Source of the DNA: an uncultured Chloroflexia bacterium
GTDB taxonomy: Bacteria > Chloroflexota > Chloroflexia > QHBQ01 > JADMIH01
Reading direction: 5' to 3'
Assembly: GCA_963797095.1 (NCBI GenBank)
Contig: CAWCNY010000003.1
Coordinates: 256,001 to 320,000 of the forward strand
DNA length: 64,000 bases
In this document: positions 42,568 to 52,884 of the stretch, one piece after another
Layout of the letters: every line of letters begins with the position of its first letter
Position numbering within the stretch: the first letter of the stretch is position 1
Position numbers and translations under genes: made by a program
Notes under the pieces: model-generated
Seen by the model: only the letters and a program-made list of their open reading frames with translations
Databases searched by the model: none
What the model was told of the DNA's origin: nothing

Positions 42568-43275
42568 ATGACCTCTGCGCAGGCGCTAAACAGCAACACC
42601 ATTACCTACGAACAACTCGCGAAAACGATAGACCACTCACTACTCAAGCCCGAGCTAACCGAAGCAGATGTGATCGCGGGCTGCGAGTTGGCGATGAAAT
42701 ACCACGTGGCGTCGGTGTGCGTGAAGCCCTGCCACGTACAACTGGCAACTCAACTACTGGCAGGGTCCGATGTGGCGGTTGGCACCGTGGTCGGTTTCCC
42801 CCACGGCAACTCCAGGATCGCCACTAAAGTCTTCGAGACCGAGCTTGCCCGCGCCGATGGCGCGACCGAGATAGACATGGTACTGAACATCGGCGAATTG
42901 CGGTCGGGCCACGCCAACTACATCCGTGACGAAATACGCGCGGTCGTACATGCGGCCCACCCCAGGGCAATCGTGAAGGTCATATTCGAGAACGCCTACC
43001 TCACCGACGAAGAAAAGGTGCTCGCCTGCACGCTCAGCGAAGAAGCGGGCGCAGACTTCGTGAAAACCTCCACCGGCTTCGCCCCCACCGGGGCAACAGT
43101 GGAGGACATTAAGTTGATGCGCGCATCGGCCGGCCCCCATATACAGGTGAAGGCGGCCCACGGAGTGCGCACTCTTGACCAGCTATTGGCGGTGATCGAT
43201 GCCGGTGCCACCCGGTCGGGCGCGACGGCCACAGCCGACATCCTCGATGAGTTCAAACAACGACACGGAGGTTAG
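42568..43275 (+). CDS. deoC: Deoxyribose-phosphate aldolase
   Basis: IDHSLLKP, VVGFPHG, EIDMV, KVIFE, FVKTSTGF. Confidence 0.92.
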   Translation: MTSAQALNSNTITYEQLAKTIDHSLLKPELTEADVIAGCELAMKYHVASVCVKPCHVQLATQLLAGSDVAVGTVVGFPHGNSRIATKVFETELARADGATEIDMVLNIGELRSGHANYIRDEIRAVVHAAHPRAIVKVIFENAYLTDEEKVLACTLSEEAGADFVKTSTGFAPTGATVEDIKLMRASAGPHIQVKAAHGVRTLDQLLAVIDAGATRSGATATADILDEFKQRHGG

Positions 43276-43277
43276 CC

Positions 43278-44442
43278 ATGACAAATTCAAGGTGGCGAGT
43301 AGGTGTCATAGGTACGTTGAGGCATCGGGCCCGCCCACGTTGAGGCATTGCGACGCCTGGGCATTGAAGTTGTGGCGCTGGCCGGGCACGGTCCCGAACG
43401 AACCGCCGAAAAAGCCCGACAGTTCCACATCACCCGCTCATACGGCTCAGCCGAGGAGATGATAGCCGATCTCGATATAAACGTCGTACACATCACCTCG
43501 CCCAACCATCTCCACTTCCCGCACGCCAAGGCTGCCCTTCTGGCGGGCAAGCACGTGATCTGCGAAAAGCCTCTCGCGATGAACTCTCAGGAATCCGGCG
43601 AGCTAGTGAGACTGGCGAAAGAGAAGAAGCTGGTAAAGGTCGTCAACTTCAACATCCGCTATTATCCCCTCTCCCACCAGGCGCGGGCGATGGTGCAGAA
43701 CGGCGACCTCGGCGATGTCTATATCGTTCAAGGCTCCTATCTCCAGAACTGGCTGCTGCTGCCAACCGATTGGAACTGGCGTCTGGAGCCTGAGTTGGGC
43801 GGCGACGTGCGGGTGGTCGGCGACATAGGCTCGCACTGGATCGATCTCACCACCTTCATCACCGGCCTCACAATCGAATCCGTTTGCGCCGACTTCGGCA
43901 CCTTCCCACCCATCCGCAAGAAACCCACCCGCTCCGTCTAAACCCTCGGCAGCAAAATGCAACCCCCCTCCCATTACATCGAACAACCCATCCACACCGA
44001 GGATTACGCCGGCGTCCTGATCAGATACGAAAATGGAGCGCGCGGCGTAATGACGGTATCTCAGGTGAGCGCCGGGCGCAAGAACCGTCTGCACTACCAG
44101 ATCGACGGCGCAAAGGCATCCGTCGCCTGGGATGGAGAAAAGCCTAACGAGCTAGGGGTGGGCCACCGCGAGCGCTCCAATGAGATCCTCCTGAAAGACC
44201 CCGCCCTGCTGGCACCCGAAGCCCAACGAATAGCCTCCTACCCAGGCGGCCAGGCCGAAGGCTTCCCCGACACCTTCAAGAGCCTCTACAAAGCGGTGTA
44301 CGGCTACCTCGAAGCAGGAGATCCTGAAGCCAAGCCCCACTTCCCAGCCTTCCAGGACGGCCATCGCGGCCTGCAAGTAAGCGAAGCGATCCTGCAAGGC
44401 GCACAAGAAAACCGCTGGGTAAAAGTAAAACGTGATGAGTGA
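43278..44442 (+). pseudogene. Gfo/Idh/MocA oxidoreductase with frameshift and nonsense codon
   Basis: MTNSRWRVGVIGT shifts frame before [12 protein letters not shown] (~43317). CEKPLA and DIGSHW are present. An in-frame TAA at 43939-43941 is followed by homology that continues in the same frame. Confidence 0.8.
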
Positions 44443-44474
44443 TACGTGACAACGCAGGACGAACGACGGAAAAT

Positions 44475-44628
44475 ACGCAGTACGCAACACGCAGTACGCA
44501 ACACGCAGTACGCAACACGCAGTACGCAACACGCAGTACGCAGTACGCAACACGCAGTACGCAACACGCAGTACGCAACACGCAGTACGCAGTACGCAGT
44601 ACGCAGTACGCAGTACGCAGTACGCAGT
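44475..44628. repeat. Heptamer tandem repeat, 22 units of ACGCAGT/ACGCAAC
   Basis: Counted directly. Intergenic, just before the SD/ATG at 44674. Confidence 0.95.
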
Positions 44629-44673
44629 ACCCCACGATTCACGTCCGTCCTTCGCCCCCCAGAAAGGAGCACC

Positions 44674-45588
44674 ATGAAACTAGGTCTGATGAGCGCTGCC
44701 TTCCCGAATATGTCTTTGGAGCAATTGGCAGAGTGGACCTCAGGCAACGACTTCCAGATGCTGGAGCTTGCTTGCTGGCCGCCGGGCAAGGCCGAGCGCC
44801 GCTACGCAGGGGTCACTCATATCGACGTAACAGATATGTCGGCAAGCAAAGCATCCGGTATCCTGGACTTGCTGGAACGGCACGATCTGCAAATCTCCTC
44901 GCTGGCCTACTACCCCAACCCCCTTCACCCCGATCTCGACCACCGAAAGACAGTGATCGACCACCTCAAAAAGGTCATCGTAGCCGCCGAGCAACTGAAA
45001 GTGCCAATCGTAGGCACCTTCGTAGGGCGCGACCAGCACAAAACCATCGAGGCCAACTTCGACGAATACGAAAAGGTATGGCCTCCAATAGTGAAATTCG
45101 CCAACGATCACGGCGTAAAGATAGCCATCGAGAACTGCCCTATGCTCTTCACCAACGATGAATGGCCGGGCGGCAACAACCTGGCTACCACACCCGCTAT
45201 CTGGCGCGAGATGTGGGAGATCATCCCCGACGCCAACTTCGGCCTCAACCTCGACCCATCGCACCTCCTCTGGCAGATGATCGACTACTTGCGTGTGGTT
45301 TACGATTTCGGCCCGCGCATCTTCCACGTCCACGCCAAGGACATGCGCATCGATCACGAGCAGTTGTACCAGCGCGGTATACTATCATTAGGCATGGGCT
45401 GGGAGATCCCGCGCCTCCCCGGCCTGGGCGAGGTCAAATGGGACCAGTTCATAAGCGCGCTCTACGCGGTGGGCTATGATTACGTGGTAAGTATCGAGCA
45501 CGAAGACCGTGCCTTCGAGAAAACCGAAGATCTGGTCAAGCGTGGCCTACTGATTGGCCGCGACGCCCTGAAGCCCTATATCCACTAG
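44674..45588 (+). CDS. Sugar phosphate isomerase/epimerase (xylose isomerase-like TIM barrel)
   Basis: IENCP, NLDPSHL, HVHAKD, SIEHED. SD AAAGGAG. Confidence 0.88.
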   Translation: MKLGLMSAAFPNMSLEQLAEWTSGNDFQMLELACWPPGKAERRYAGVTHIDVTDMSASKASGILDLLERHDLQISSLAYYPNPLHPDLDHRKTVIDHLKKVIVAAEQLKVPIVGTFVGRDQHKTIEANFDEYEKVWPPIVKFANDHGVKIAIENCPMLFTNDEWPGGNNLATTPAIWREMWEIIPDANFGLNLDPSHLLWQMIDYLRVVYDFGPRIFHVHAKDMRIDHEQLYQRGILSLGMGWEIPRLPGLGEVKWDQFISALYAVGYDYVVSIEHEDRAFEKTEDLVKRGLLIGRDALKPYIH

Positions 45589-45709
45589 GAAGACGGTAGT
45601 CCGCAGTCGGGAGTCGGTAGTTAGAACCAAAAACCAGGAACTTGGAACTTGGAGCTATAACCGTCCTCCGACTACCGACTACCGACTGCGGACTACCACC
45701 ACCAAAATC

Positions 45710-48700
45710 ATGTTCTCCAGCTCGACACCGAGGTACGAGCTACTGCTCCGTACCAAGCTTGCACCACCCCAGTTGCACAGTCGCGTGCTGGGGCGACCTG
45801 CCCTGGGCGCTTTACTGCGCGAATCCCTGCATTACCGCCTGACCATAGTCCACGCGGGCACCGGCTACAGCAAGACCACGGCCCTTGCTTCTCTCGATAC
45901 AGGCCACCCTCCTCTCTTCTGGTACAGCCTCGGTGATACCGACGCCGACCCCCAACGCTTCCTCTCCTATTTAATAGCAGCCTTCAGCGTGCGCCTGCCC
46001 AACCTATCCGACCTGCCACTCGCAGTTCTGCAAGAGCGCGGCAGCGAGGGCACTATGGATGCCTGGAATCAGGCGTTGGACGCCCTCATCAACACCCTCT
46101 CCGACATCCTGGAGGAACCTTCCCTGCTCGTGCTCGACGACTACCACTTCGTGGCAGCCTCACCCGAAATCAACAGCCTCGTCGAGCACCTCCTTGATTA
46201 CCTGCCCCCCAACCTGCGCATCATAATTTCATCCAGGCACATGCCGCCAATGGACAGATTGGTAGCGTGGCGGGTGCGCGGCGAGGTGCTCGATATCAAT
46301 CGCGATGCCCTCGGCTTCAATATAGAAGAAGTGAAGGCCCTCTTCCGCGACGTATACGGCATGCAACTGGACGAGCAAGCCTGCGCGGCCCTCCTCCAGA
46401 AGACCGAGGGTTGGCCTATCGCTCTGCAACTCGCCTGGCAGGGCCTTCGCGGCAGCGCCGCACGAGGTACCTCACAACTCCTTGAACAAGGCTCCACATC
46501 CCTGAACGCACTGTTCGATTATCTCGCCTCCGAAGTACTGAGCGCCCAGCCAGACGACATCGCCACTTTCCTCCGCGAGACCTCGATCCTGCGCCAGCTT
46601 ACACCCGCCGCCTGCGACGCGGTCAGAGAGCGCACCGGCAGCGCCGCCATGCTCGACAGGCTCATGGAGCTAGACCTTTTCGTAGTCGCCCTCGGTAACG
46701 CATCCGGAAGGCACTACCGCTACCACCACCTCTTCCACGATTTCCTGCGCCAGCAAGCCTCCCGCGACCCAGCTACTGCCCGCACCCTGCACGAGCGAGC
46801 CGCCGGATACTTCGCCTCGATAGGCGACTACGAAGAGGCCATCTACCACCGTCTCGCAAGCGGCGACCTGCAAAGGGTGGCATCCGCCATCGAGCAGGCA
46901 GGCGATACAGCCCTGCGCGCCGGTTGGCTCGACACAGTAGCCACCTGGATCGATGCACTCCCACCTGCCGTGCTCGAAAGCCACCCCCTGCTACAAGCCT
47001 ACCTGGGCGACATCTATCGCATGCGCAGCCGGTTTGAGGAAGCCCTCGGTTGGTACACACAGGCAGAGAGCATGTGGCGAGCACGCAACGATCCCGCAGG
47101 CGTCAGCCGCGCCCTCAGGGGGCAGGCCCTCGTCTATCTCGACACTGTTCGTCCCGCCAAGGCCGAGAGCCTGCTTGAAGAAGCCCTCAGGCTGATCGAG
47201 GGCCTGGAGGATCGCGAGAGCCGCGCCCGCTTGCTGGAGCTACTGGCCGAAAACAAGCTCAATATGGGCAAGCCCGCCGAAGCTGAGACCCTGCGAGCCG
47301 AGGCAAGGGCTTTGCGCGAGGAAGGCCCCGGCGAGGACGCCCTCAGCGTGCGCGTCAAGCTCCGCACGGGCAGGCTCGACGAAGCTCAGCGCATTCTTGA
47401 GCGTTGGGTAGAGACTGAGCGTGAGGAAGTAGCGCAGGGCCAGGTCCACCCGCCACGCTCTCACCGCGAGACCCTGCTGATTCTATCCCTGATCCAATCC
47501 TTCCGAGGTCAGAAGGAGCGCGCATTCGAGCTTGCCCAGGAAGGGATCACAATAGGATCTGTCCTCAACTCACCTTTCGTCACCGCCGTTGGGCACGCCC
47601 GCCTCGGCCACGCCTGGCAATTGCGCGGTCTCGCAGGCACCGAGGAAGCGATAGCCTGCTACAACCGGGGCGTTGCCCTCGGCGACCAACTCGCCGTAAA
47701 GAGGATACGCGCCGAGGCAATGTGGGGCCTCACTCGCGCCTACGGCTTCTCCGGCGACCTCGTATCGGCGGAAAAAGCAGCCGCCGAGGGCGTGGAGATC
47801 GGCAAGTGGGCCGGCGACGCCTGGATCGTCGCCCTCATCGAGCTGGCGCTTGGCTCCAGCTATGTGCTTGCAGAGCAGGCAACCCAGGCGCTCGATCTCC
47901 TTTCAAGGGTGGTGGTTGCCTTCCGCGAGTGCGGCGATGGCTTCGGCAGGGCCGCCACCCGCATCTGGCTCGCCCTCGCTTACGACGCGCTGGGCCAGAG
48001 CGAACTTTGCAACGCCTCTATCGACGATGCCCTGACGCTGTGCGAGACGCACAAATACGGCTTCCTCTTCACAGCCCCCAGCTTGCTCGGCCCGCCCGAC
48101 GTGCGGCGGTTGGTGCCCCTGTTAGAAAGGGCAAGAGATGGCCGCCGCAACCGGGCCTACGCCACCCATCTGCTCGGCGAGCTTGGGTTAGCAGAGGTTC
48201 ACGCCCACCCAGGCTACCAGCTACGCGTTCACACACTCGGCACATTCCACGTGTTCAGGGGCGAAGCCGAAGTTGAGACGCGCGATTGGCAGCGCGACAA
48301 GGCGCGTCAGCTTTTCCAGTTGCTCCTCACCCAGCGTGGAGGCTGGCTCCAGCGCGACGAGATCGTAGAGCGCCTCTGGCCCAACCTTTCGCCCGAAGCA
48401 GCCTTGCGCGACTTCAAAGTCGCCCTCAACGCCCTCAACCGCGCCCTCGAACCCGGACGCACTACCGACTCGCCTTTCGCGTTCATCGTGCGCGACGGCG
48501 TCTCCTATCGCTTGCGCCCCGAAGCCGACCTCTGGCTAAATTCGGCCCAGTTCGAGGCAGAGTCTCAGGCTGGCCTGCGCTCGGCGAACCAGGACGAACG
48601 CGACCAAGCCATAGCACACTTGCAGGACGCCCTCGATCTTTATAGCGGCAACTACCTGCCCGATGCCCTCTATGACGATTGGGCCAGCGGCGAGCGCGAG

Positions 48701-49006
48701 CGCCTCCTCTCTCTTTTCCTGCGCGCAGCCGACAAACTGGCGGGCATGCTCGTGGAGAGCGGTCACTATACGCAAGCGCTCGATATTTGCGGCAGAATCC
48801 TCGGCTACGACCCCTGCTGGGAGCGCGCCTACCGCTGGCTCATGCTCGCCTACGCCCGCCAGGGAGATCGCACCCTCGCTCTGCGCACCTACAGGCGATG
48901 CGCCACCACCCTTCAGGCCGAGCTTGGCGTCGAACCTGCCCCCGCCACCATGGCCCTCTACGACCGCATCCTCCAATCCGAGGAACTTCCGGTAACTATC
49001 GGCTGA
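45710..49006 (+). CDS. Large transcriptional activator: MalT-like ATPase, TPRs, C-terminal wHTH and BTAD
   Basis: RTKLAPP, AGTGYSKTT, TEGWPIAL, YRYHHLF, WQRDKARQLFQLL, DPCWERAYR...ELGVEP. Confidence 0.88.
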   Translation: MFSSSTPRYELLLRTKLAPPQLHSRVLGRPALGALLRESLHYRLTIVHAGTGYSKTTALASLDTGHPPLFWYSLGDTDADPQRFLSYLIAAFSVRLPNLSDLPLAVLQERGSEGTMDAWNQALDALINTLSDILEEPSLLVLDDYHFVAASPEINSLVEHLLDYLPPNLRIIISSRHMPPMDRLVAWRVRGEVLDINRDALGFNIEEVKALFRDVYGMQLDEQACAALLQKTEGWPIALQLAWQGLRGSAARGTSQLLEQGSTSLNALFDYLASEVLSAQPDDIATFLRETSILRQLTPAACDAVRERTGSAAMLDRLMELDLFVVALGNASGRHYRYHHLFHDFLRQQASRDPATARTLHERAAGYFASIGDYEEAIYHRLASGDLQRVASAIEQAGDTALRAGWLDTVATWIDALPPAVLESHPLLQAYLGDIYRMRSRFEEALGWYTQAESMWRARNDPAGVSRALRGQALVYLDTVRPAKAESLLEEALRLIEGLEDRESRARLLELLAENKLNMGKPAEAETLRAEARALREEGPGEDALSVRVKLRTGRLDEAQRILERWVETEREEVAQGQVHPPRSHRETLLILSLIQSFRGQKERAFELAQEGITIGSVLNSPFVTAVGHARLGHAWQLRGLAGTEEAIACYNRGVALGDQLAVKRIRAEAMWGLTRAYGFSGDLVSAEKAAAEGVEIGKWAGDAWIVALIELALGSSYVLAEQATQALDLLSRVVVAFRECGDGFGRAATRIWLALAYDALGQSELCNASIDDALTLCETHKYGFLFTAPSLLGPPDVRRLVPLLERARDGRRNRAYATHLLGELGLAEVHAHPGYQLRVHTLGTFHVFRGEAEVETRDWQRDKARQLFQLLLTQRGGWLQRDEIVERLWPNLSPEAALRDFKVALNALNRALEPGRTTDSPFAFIVRDGVSYRLRPEADLWLNSAQFEAESQAGLRSANQDERDQAIAHLQDALDLYSGNYLPDALYDDWASGERERLLSLFLRAADKLAGMLVESGHYTQALDICGRILGYDPCWERAYRWLMLAYARQGDRTLALRTYRRCATTLQAELGVEPAPATMALYDRILQSEELPVTIG

Positions 49007-49020
49007 GCCGCTCATACTGT

Positions 49021-49064
49021 TGTAACCGATTTGTAACCGGCGTGTGACCCCCCTCTGTTAAGCT
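49021..49064 (+). promoter_or_regulatory. SARP/BTAD-type operator-promoter
   Basis: TGTAACC (49021), TGTAACC (49032) and TGTGACC (49043) at an 11-bp period, then TG-t-TAAGCT -10 (49056-49064). Confidence 0.7.
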
Positions 49065-49155
49065 CACCTGGCTGGAATCGCCGTACCATACTGTGCGGCC
49101 CTGTTTGGTTTGGCCGGCTCCCTCAGTCGGCCAAACCACTAGCCTGGAGACGCGA

Positions 49156-49362
49156 GTGGACCAGGAGGCAAAAGTTACTTCGTTCGTTGTGCGCTTCGTT
49201 TACGAGGAGCCTCATGACCAACCCAACGAAGGAGCAGGCCATTGGTATAGCGTCGTCCGGCATGTGCAGTCTGACACCGAGCGGCGCTTCACGCGCTGGG
49301 AAGATGTCGTACTTTTCCTCCAGCAATACGTTGACCTGAGCAAAGGCGCGAAGGATGAATGA
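49156..49362 (+). CDS. Small hypothetical protein (SFVVRF...W..VVRHVQ...F..W motif)
   Basis: GGAG SD with a GTG start. The stop overlaps the next start. Confidence 0.65.
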   Translation: MDQEAKVTSFVVRFVYEEPHDQPNEGAGHWYSVVRHVQSDTERRFTRWEDVVLFLQQYVDLSKGAKDE

Positions 49363-50380
49363 TACGTCAGTCGGCATCGTTGCCGCAGGCGCATACATAC
49401 CCAAAAATCGCATCACCGCCGCAGAGATAGCCGAACGCACGGGCATCCCTGAAGGGATCATCGTGACCAAGTTCGGCCTGAACGGCAAGCCCCTTCCCGG
49501 CCCCGACGACCACCCGAACGCTATGGCCGTGTGGGCAGCCCAGGATGCCCTCTCTCAGTCCGGCATAAACCCCCAGGATATAGACGTGGTGCTCTGCACC
49601 ACCGAGGAGTACAAAGAGTACCCTCTCTGGACCGCCGGCATCAAACTCGCCTACGACATCGGCGCGCACCGTGCCTGGGCCGTTGACGTGCAGATGCGCT
49701 GCGGCACCACAGTGGCCGCCCTGCGCATGGCTAAAGCCCTCATGATAGCCGAACCGAACGTGCGCACCGTCCTGATCGCAGGCGGCTATCGCAACGGCGA
49801 CCTCGTCGACTACTCCAACCCGCGCTCCCGCTTCCTGATCAACCTGAGCGCGGGCGCGGGAGCCCTCCTCCTCCAGCGCGATTACCCTCGCAATCATCTC
49901 CTCGGCAGCGCGGTAATAGTAGATGGCTCATTCTCCCTCGACGTAATAGTGCCCGCCGGGGGCACTGTCGAGCCGCTAACGCCGGAGGGGATAGCCTCAC
50001 ATCGCAACCTGCTGGAGGTGCCCGATCCTGAGGGCATGAAAGAGCGCCTGGACAAGCCCTCTATGGAGAACTTCCTGCGCGTGATAGATATGGCCCTGGC
50101 CGAGAGCGGCTACACCCGCAAAGACGTAGGCTACCTCAACATCCTTCACATGAAACGGTCGGCACACGACTTCGTGCTCAACGAGCTTGGCCTGCGCCAG
50201 GACCGGACCTACTACTTATCCGATTTCGGACATATAGGCCAGCAGGATGCGATGGTCTCGATCAAGAGGGGTCTGGAGTCCGGCAGGCTCAAAGATGGCG
50301 ACATTATGGTAATAGTGGCAGCCGGTATCGGCTATGCCTGGGGAGCGAGCGTGATCAAATGGGGACCAGATTCTCACTAG
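49355..50380 (+). CDS. 3-oxoacyl-ACP synthase III (FabH-like)
   Basis: Catalytic MRCG, GAGA, LHMK, GHIGQ, AGIGYAWG. Confidence 0.85.
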   Translation: MNDTSVGIVAAGAYIPKNRITAAEIAERTGIPEGIIVTKFGLNGKPLPGPDDHPNAMAVWAAQDALSQSGINPQDIDVVLCTTEEYKEYPLWTAGIKLAYDIGAHRAWAVDVQMRCGTTVAALRMAKALMIAEPNVRTVLIAGGYRNGDLVDYSNPRSRFLINLSAGAGALLLQRDYPRNHLLGSAVIVDGSFSLDVIVPAGGTVEPLTPEGIASHRNLLEVPDPEGMKERLDKPSMENFLRVIDMALAESGYTRKDVGYLNILHMKRSAHDFVLNELGLRQDRTYYLSDFGHIGQQDAMVSIKRGLESGRLKDGDIMVIVAAGIGYAWGASVIKWGPDSH

Positions 50381-51144
50381 AAGATAGGGTGGCTATCATA
50401 ACAGGCGGAGCAAACGGCATCGGTCGCCAGACCGCCCTCCTTTTTGCCGAGGTGGGCGCTGCCGTGGTCGTCTGGGATATGGCAGAAGAAGCAGGCGAGG
50501 CACTGGTACAAGAAATAGGCGGTAGAGAGGGCAAAGCAGCCTTCTTCCGCACAAACGTCACCTCGCAAGAGGATGTAGAGAAGTCAGTGCAGGCCACCCT
50601 CGAACGCTTCGGCAAGATCGACATCCTGATCAACAACGCCGGCATCACCCGCGATGCCCAGCTACTGCGAGTGAAGGACGGTCAAATAGCGGGCAAGATG
50701 AGCGAAGCCGAATTCGATGCCGTAATAGCGGTCAACCTCAAGGGTGTCTTCAACTGCACGCAAGCGGTTGTGCCCCACATGATCGAGAAGGGCTATGGCC
50801 GCATCGTAAGCGCCTCGTCCGTAGTCGGCATCTACGGCAACTTCGGCCAGACCAACTACGTGGCAAGCAAAGCAGGCGTGATCGGCATGACCAGGGTGTG
50901 GGCCAGGGAGCTAGGCAAGCGCGGCATCACCGCCAACGCCGTGGCCCCCGGCTTCATCGGCACCGATATGGTGCAGGCCATGCCTGAGCAGGTGCTAGAG
51001 GGCATGGTCCAGCACACCCCCGTAGGCAGGCTCGGTATTCCCGAAGACGTTGCATACGCATACCTCTTCCTCTCCTCCACAGAGGCAGGCTTCATAAACG
51101 GAGCAGTAATAAGCGTGGATGGCGGCCTGGTAGTCGGCACATGA
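50359..51144 (+). CDS. 3-oxoacyl-ACP/acetoacetyl-CoA reductase (SDR, FabG/PhaB-like)
   Basis: TGGANGIG, NNAGITRD, YVASK, GNFGQTNY. Confidence 0.9.
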   Translation: MGTRFSLEDRVAIITGGANGIGRQTALLFAEVGAAVVVWDMAEEAGEALVQEIGGREGKAAFFRTNVTSQEDVEKSVQATLERFGKIDILINNAGITRDAQLLRVKDGQIAGKMSEAEFDAVIAVNLKGVFNCTQAVVPHMIEKGYGRIVSASSVVGIYGNFGQTNYVASKAGVIGMTRVWARELGKRGITANAVAPGFIGTDMVQAMPEQVLEGMVQHTPVGRLGIPEDVAYAYLFLSSTEAGFINGAVISVDGGLVVGT

Positions 51145-51186
51145 TCTCAACTCCTTGAGATAGGAAGCAACCAGAGAAGAAACCAG

Positions 51187-52722
51187 ATGTACATCGGAGA
51201 TTGGCTAGCACGGCGAGAGATGCTTTCGCCCAATAAGGTAGCTCTGCTGGACGCCCAGCACGACTACAAGCCCATTACCTTCCGCGAGTGGAACCGGTCG
51301 GCCAACCGCACCGCCAACTGGCTCGCCGCCCTCGGCGTCAAGCAGGGCGACCTCGTCGCCGTCCTCTCCATGAACTGCGTCGAATACCTCGATATCTGGT
51401 TCGCGTGCGGCAAGCTTGGCGCGATCATGCAAACCCTCAACTGGCGTCTGTCGGTAAGGGAGTTAGCGGCTCTGCTGAATGACGTTACCCCCAAATTGCT
51501 CCTCTACGGCCCCGATTTTGCCGCAACCATCGAAACCGTCCGCGCCGAGGTACCTGGCATAGCTACCTATGCCGCCATTGACAACGATACCCTGGCCTCT
51601 GATCGTGATTACAGTCTGGCAGAGCGTGAGAGTTGCCCTGACAACGCTCCACCCCCCGTTGAGCTAACCTGGGACTCGCCGTGGGCTTTGTGCTACACAG
51701 GAGGCACCACCGGCCTGCCCAAAGGCGCTATCCTCACGCACGGCAATATCGCCTGGAACTCCATTAACACCATCGTTAGCTGGGGCGTCTTCCCGACAGA
51801 TCGCACCATCCTCAACGCTCCCCTCTTCCACACCGGCGGCCTCAACGTGCTCACCGCGCCCCTGGTACACGTAGGCGGTACATCTATCGTCTGCCGCGAG
51901 GTCGACATCGAGCAGATGTTCAACCTGATCGAGCAGATGGACGTCACTATCTATTTCGGCGTCCCCACCATGTTCATCGCCCAGCAGGCCCACCCCAGGT
52001 GGGCCAACGCCGACTTCTCCCGATTGAGATGGGTTATCAGCGGTGGCGCGCCCTGCCCGCCCCCCATCTTCGAGAGGTGGTGGGAGCGAGGCGTCGATTT
52101 CAAGATGGGCTACGGCCTCACCGAATCGGGCCCCAACACCTTCTGGATGAGCGCAGAGAACGCCCGCCGCAAACCCGGCTCGGTGGGCATACCGATGTTC
52201 TACTCAGACGTGAAAGTGGTGCGCACCAGCGGCGAGACCTGTGACCCCGACGAGTTAGGCGAGCTACTGATCCGCGGTCCCCATGTAGTCCCCGGCTACT
52301 GGAACCACCCTGAGGAGACCGCCAAAGCCTTCGAGGGAGGCTGGCTGCACACGGGCGACCTCGCCCGCTACGACTCAGAGGGCTTCTACTACATAGTAGG
52401 CCGCTCCAAAGAGATGATCATATCCGGCGGCGAGAACATCTACCCTGCCGAGGTAGAGGCGGTGCTATCGGGCCATCCCGACGTAGAATCTGTCGCCGTA
52501 ATAGGCGTGCCCGACGCCCACTGGGGCGAGGTAGGCCGCGCAATCGTGGTGCTGAAACCGGGCACCGAACAAGCCGGTGGCCCCCTGCTGGACTACTGCC
52601 GCCAGCGCCTCGCCCGCTACAAAGTGCCCAAGAGCATCATCTACGCGGACGCCCTACCCACCACAGGAGCGGGCAAAGTAGACAAACTACTCTTACAGGA
52701 GCGGTACGGAGGAGAAACGTGA
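51187..52722 (+). CDS. Acyl-CoA synthetase
   Basis: YTGGTTGLPKG, GYGLTE, HTGDL, SGGENIYPAEVE. Confidence 0.92.
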   Translation: MYIGDWLARREMLSPNKVALLDAQHDYKPITFREWNRSANRTANWLAALGVKQGDLVAVLSMNCVEYLDIWFACGKLGAIMQTLNWRLSVRELAALLNDVTPKLLLYGPDFAATIETVRAEVPGIATYAAIDNDTLASDRDYSLAERESCPDNAPPPVELTWDSPWALCYTGGTTGLPKGAILTHGNIAWNSINTIVSWGVFPTDRTILNAPLFHTGGLNVLTAPLVHVGGTSIVCREVDIEQMFNLIEQMDVTIYFGVPTMFIAQQAHPRWANADFSRLRWVISGGAPCPPPIFERWWERGVDFKMGYGLTESGPNTFWMSAENARRKPGSVGIPMFYSDVKVVRTSGETCDPDELGELLIRGPHVVPGYWNHPEETAKAFEGGWLHTGDLARYDSEGFYYIVGRSKEMIISGGENIYPAEVEAVLSGHPDVESVAVIGVPDAHWGEVGRAIVVLKPGTEQAGGPLLDYCRQRLARYKVPKSIIYADALPTTGAGKVDKLLLQERYGGET

Positions 52723-52779
52723 AATGCCATATCCTGCATACTAGGTACTTCGTACAACATATTCACTAATCACTAACCC

Positions 52780-52850
52780 ACCAACTACCAACTACCAACT
52801 ACCAGCAACTTGGAGCTTGGAGCTTGGAGCTTGGAGCTTGGAGCTTGGAA
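52780..52850. repeat. Heptamer tandem repeats (ACCAACT)3 and (CTTGGAG)5
   Basis: Visible in intergenic DNA. Confidence 0.9.
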
Positions 52851-52884
52851 CTATCGTCCACCCACCTTCGTCCGCACAAAAACC

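Noticed and set aside
43939-43941. Programmed stop-codon readthrough
   Set aside because: The codon is TAA and the gene has an independent frameshift, so decay is the simpler explanation.
44152-44789. Cys-rich ORFs (VLRTAYC)n as RiPP precursor or metallothionein
   Set aside because: They are translations of the heptamer tandem repeat, which is open in many frames, and they have no SD or modifying enzymes.
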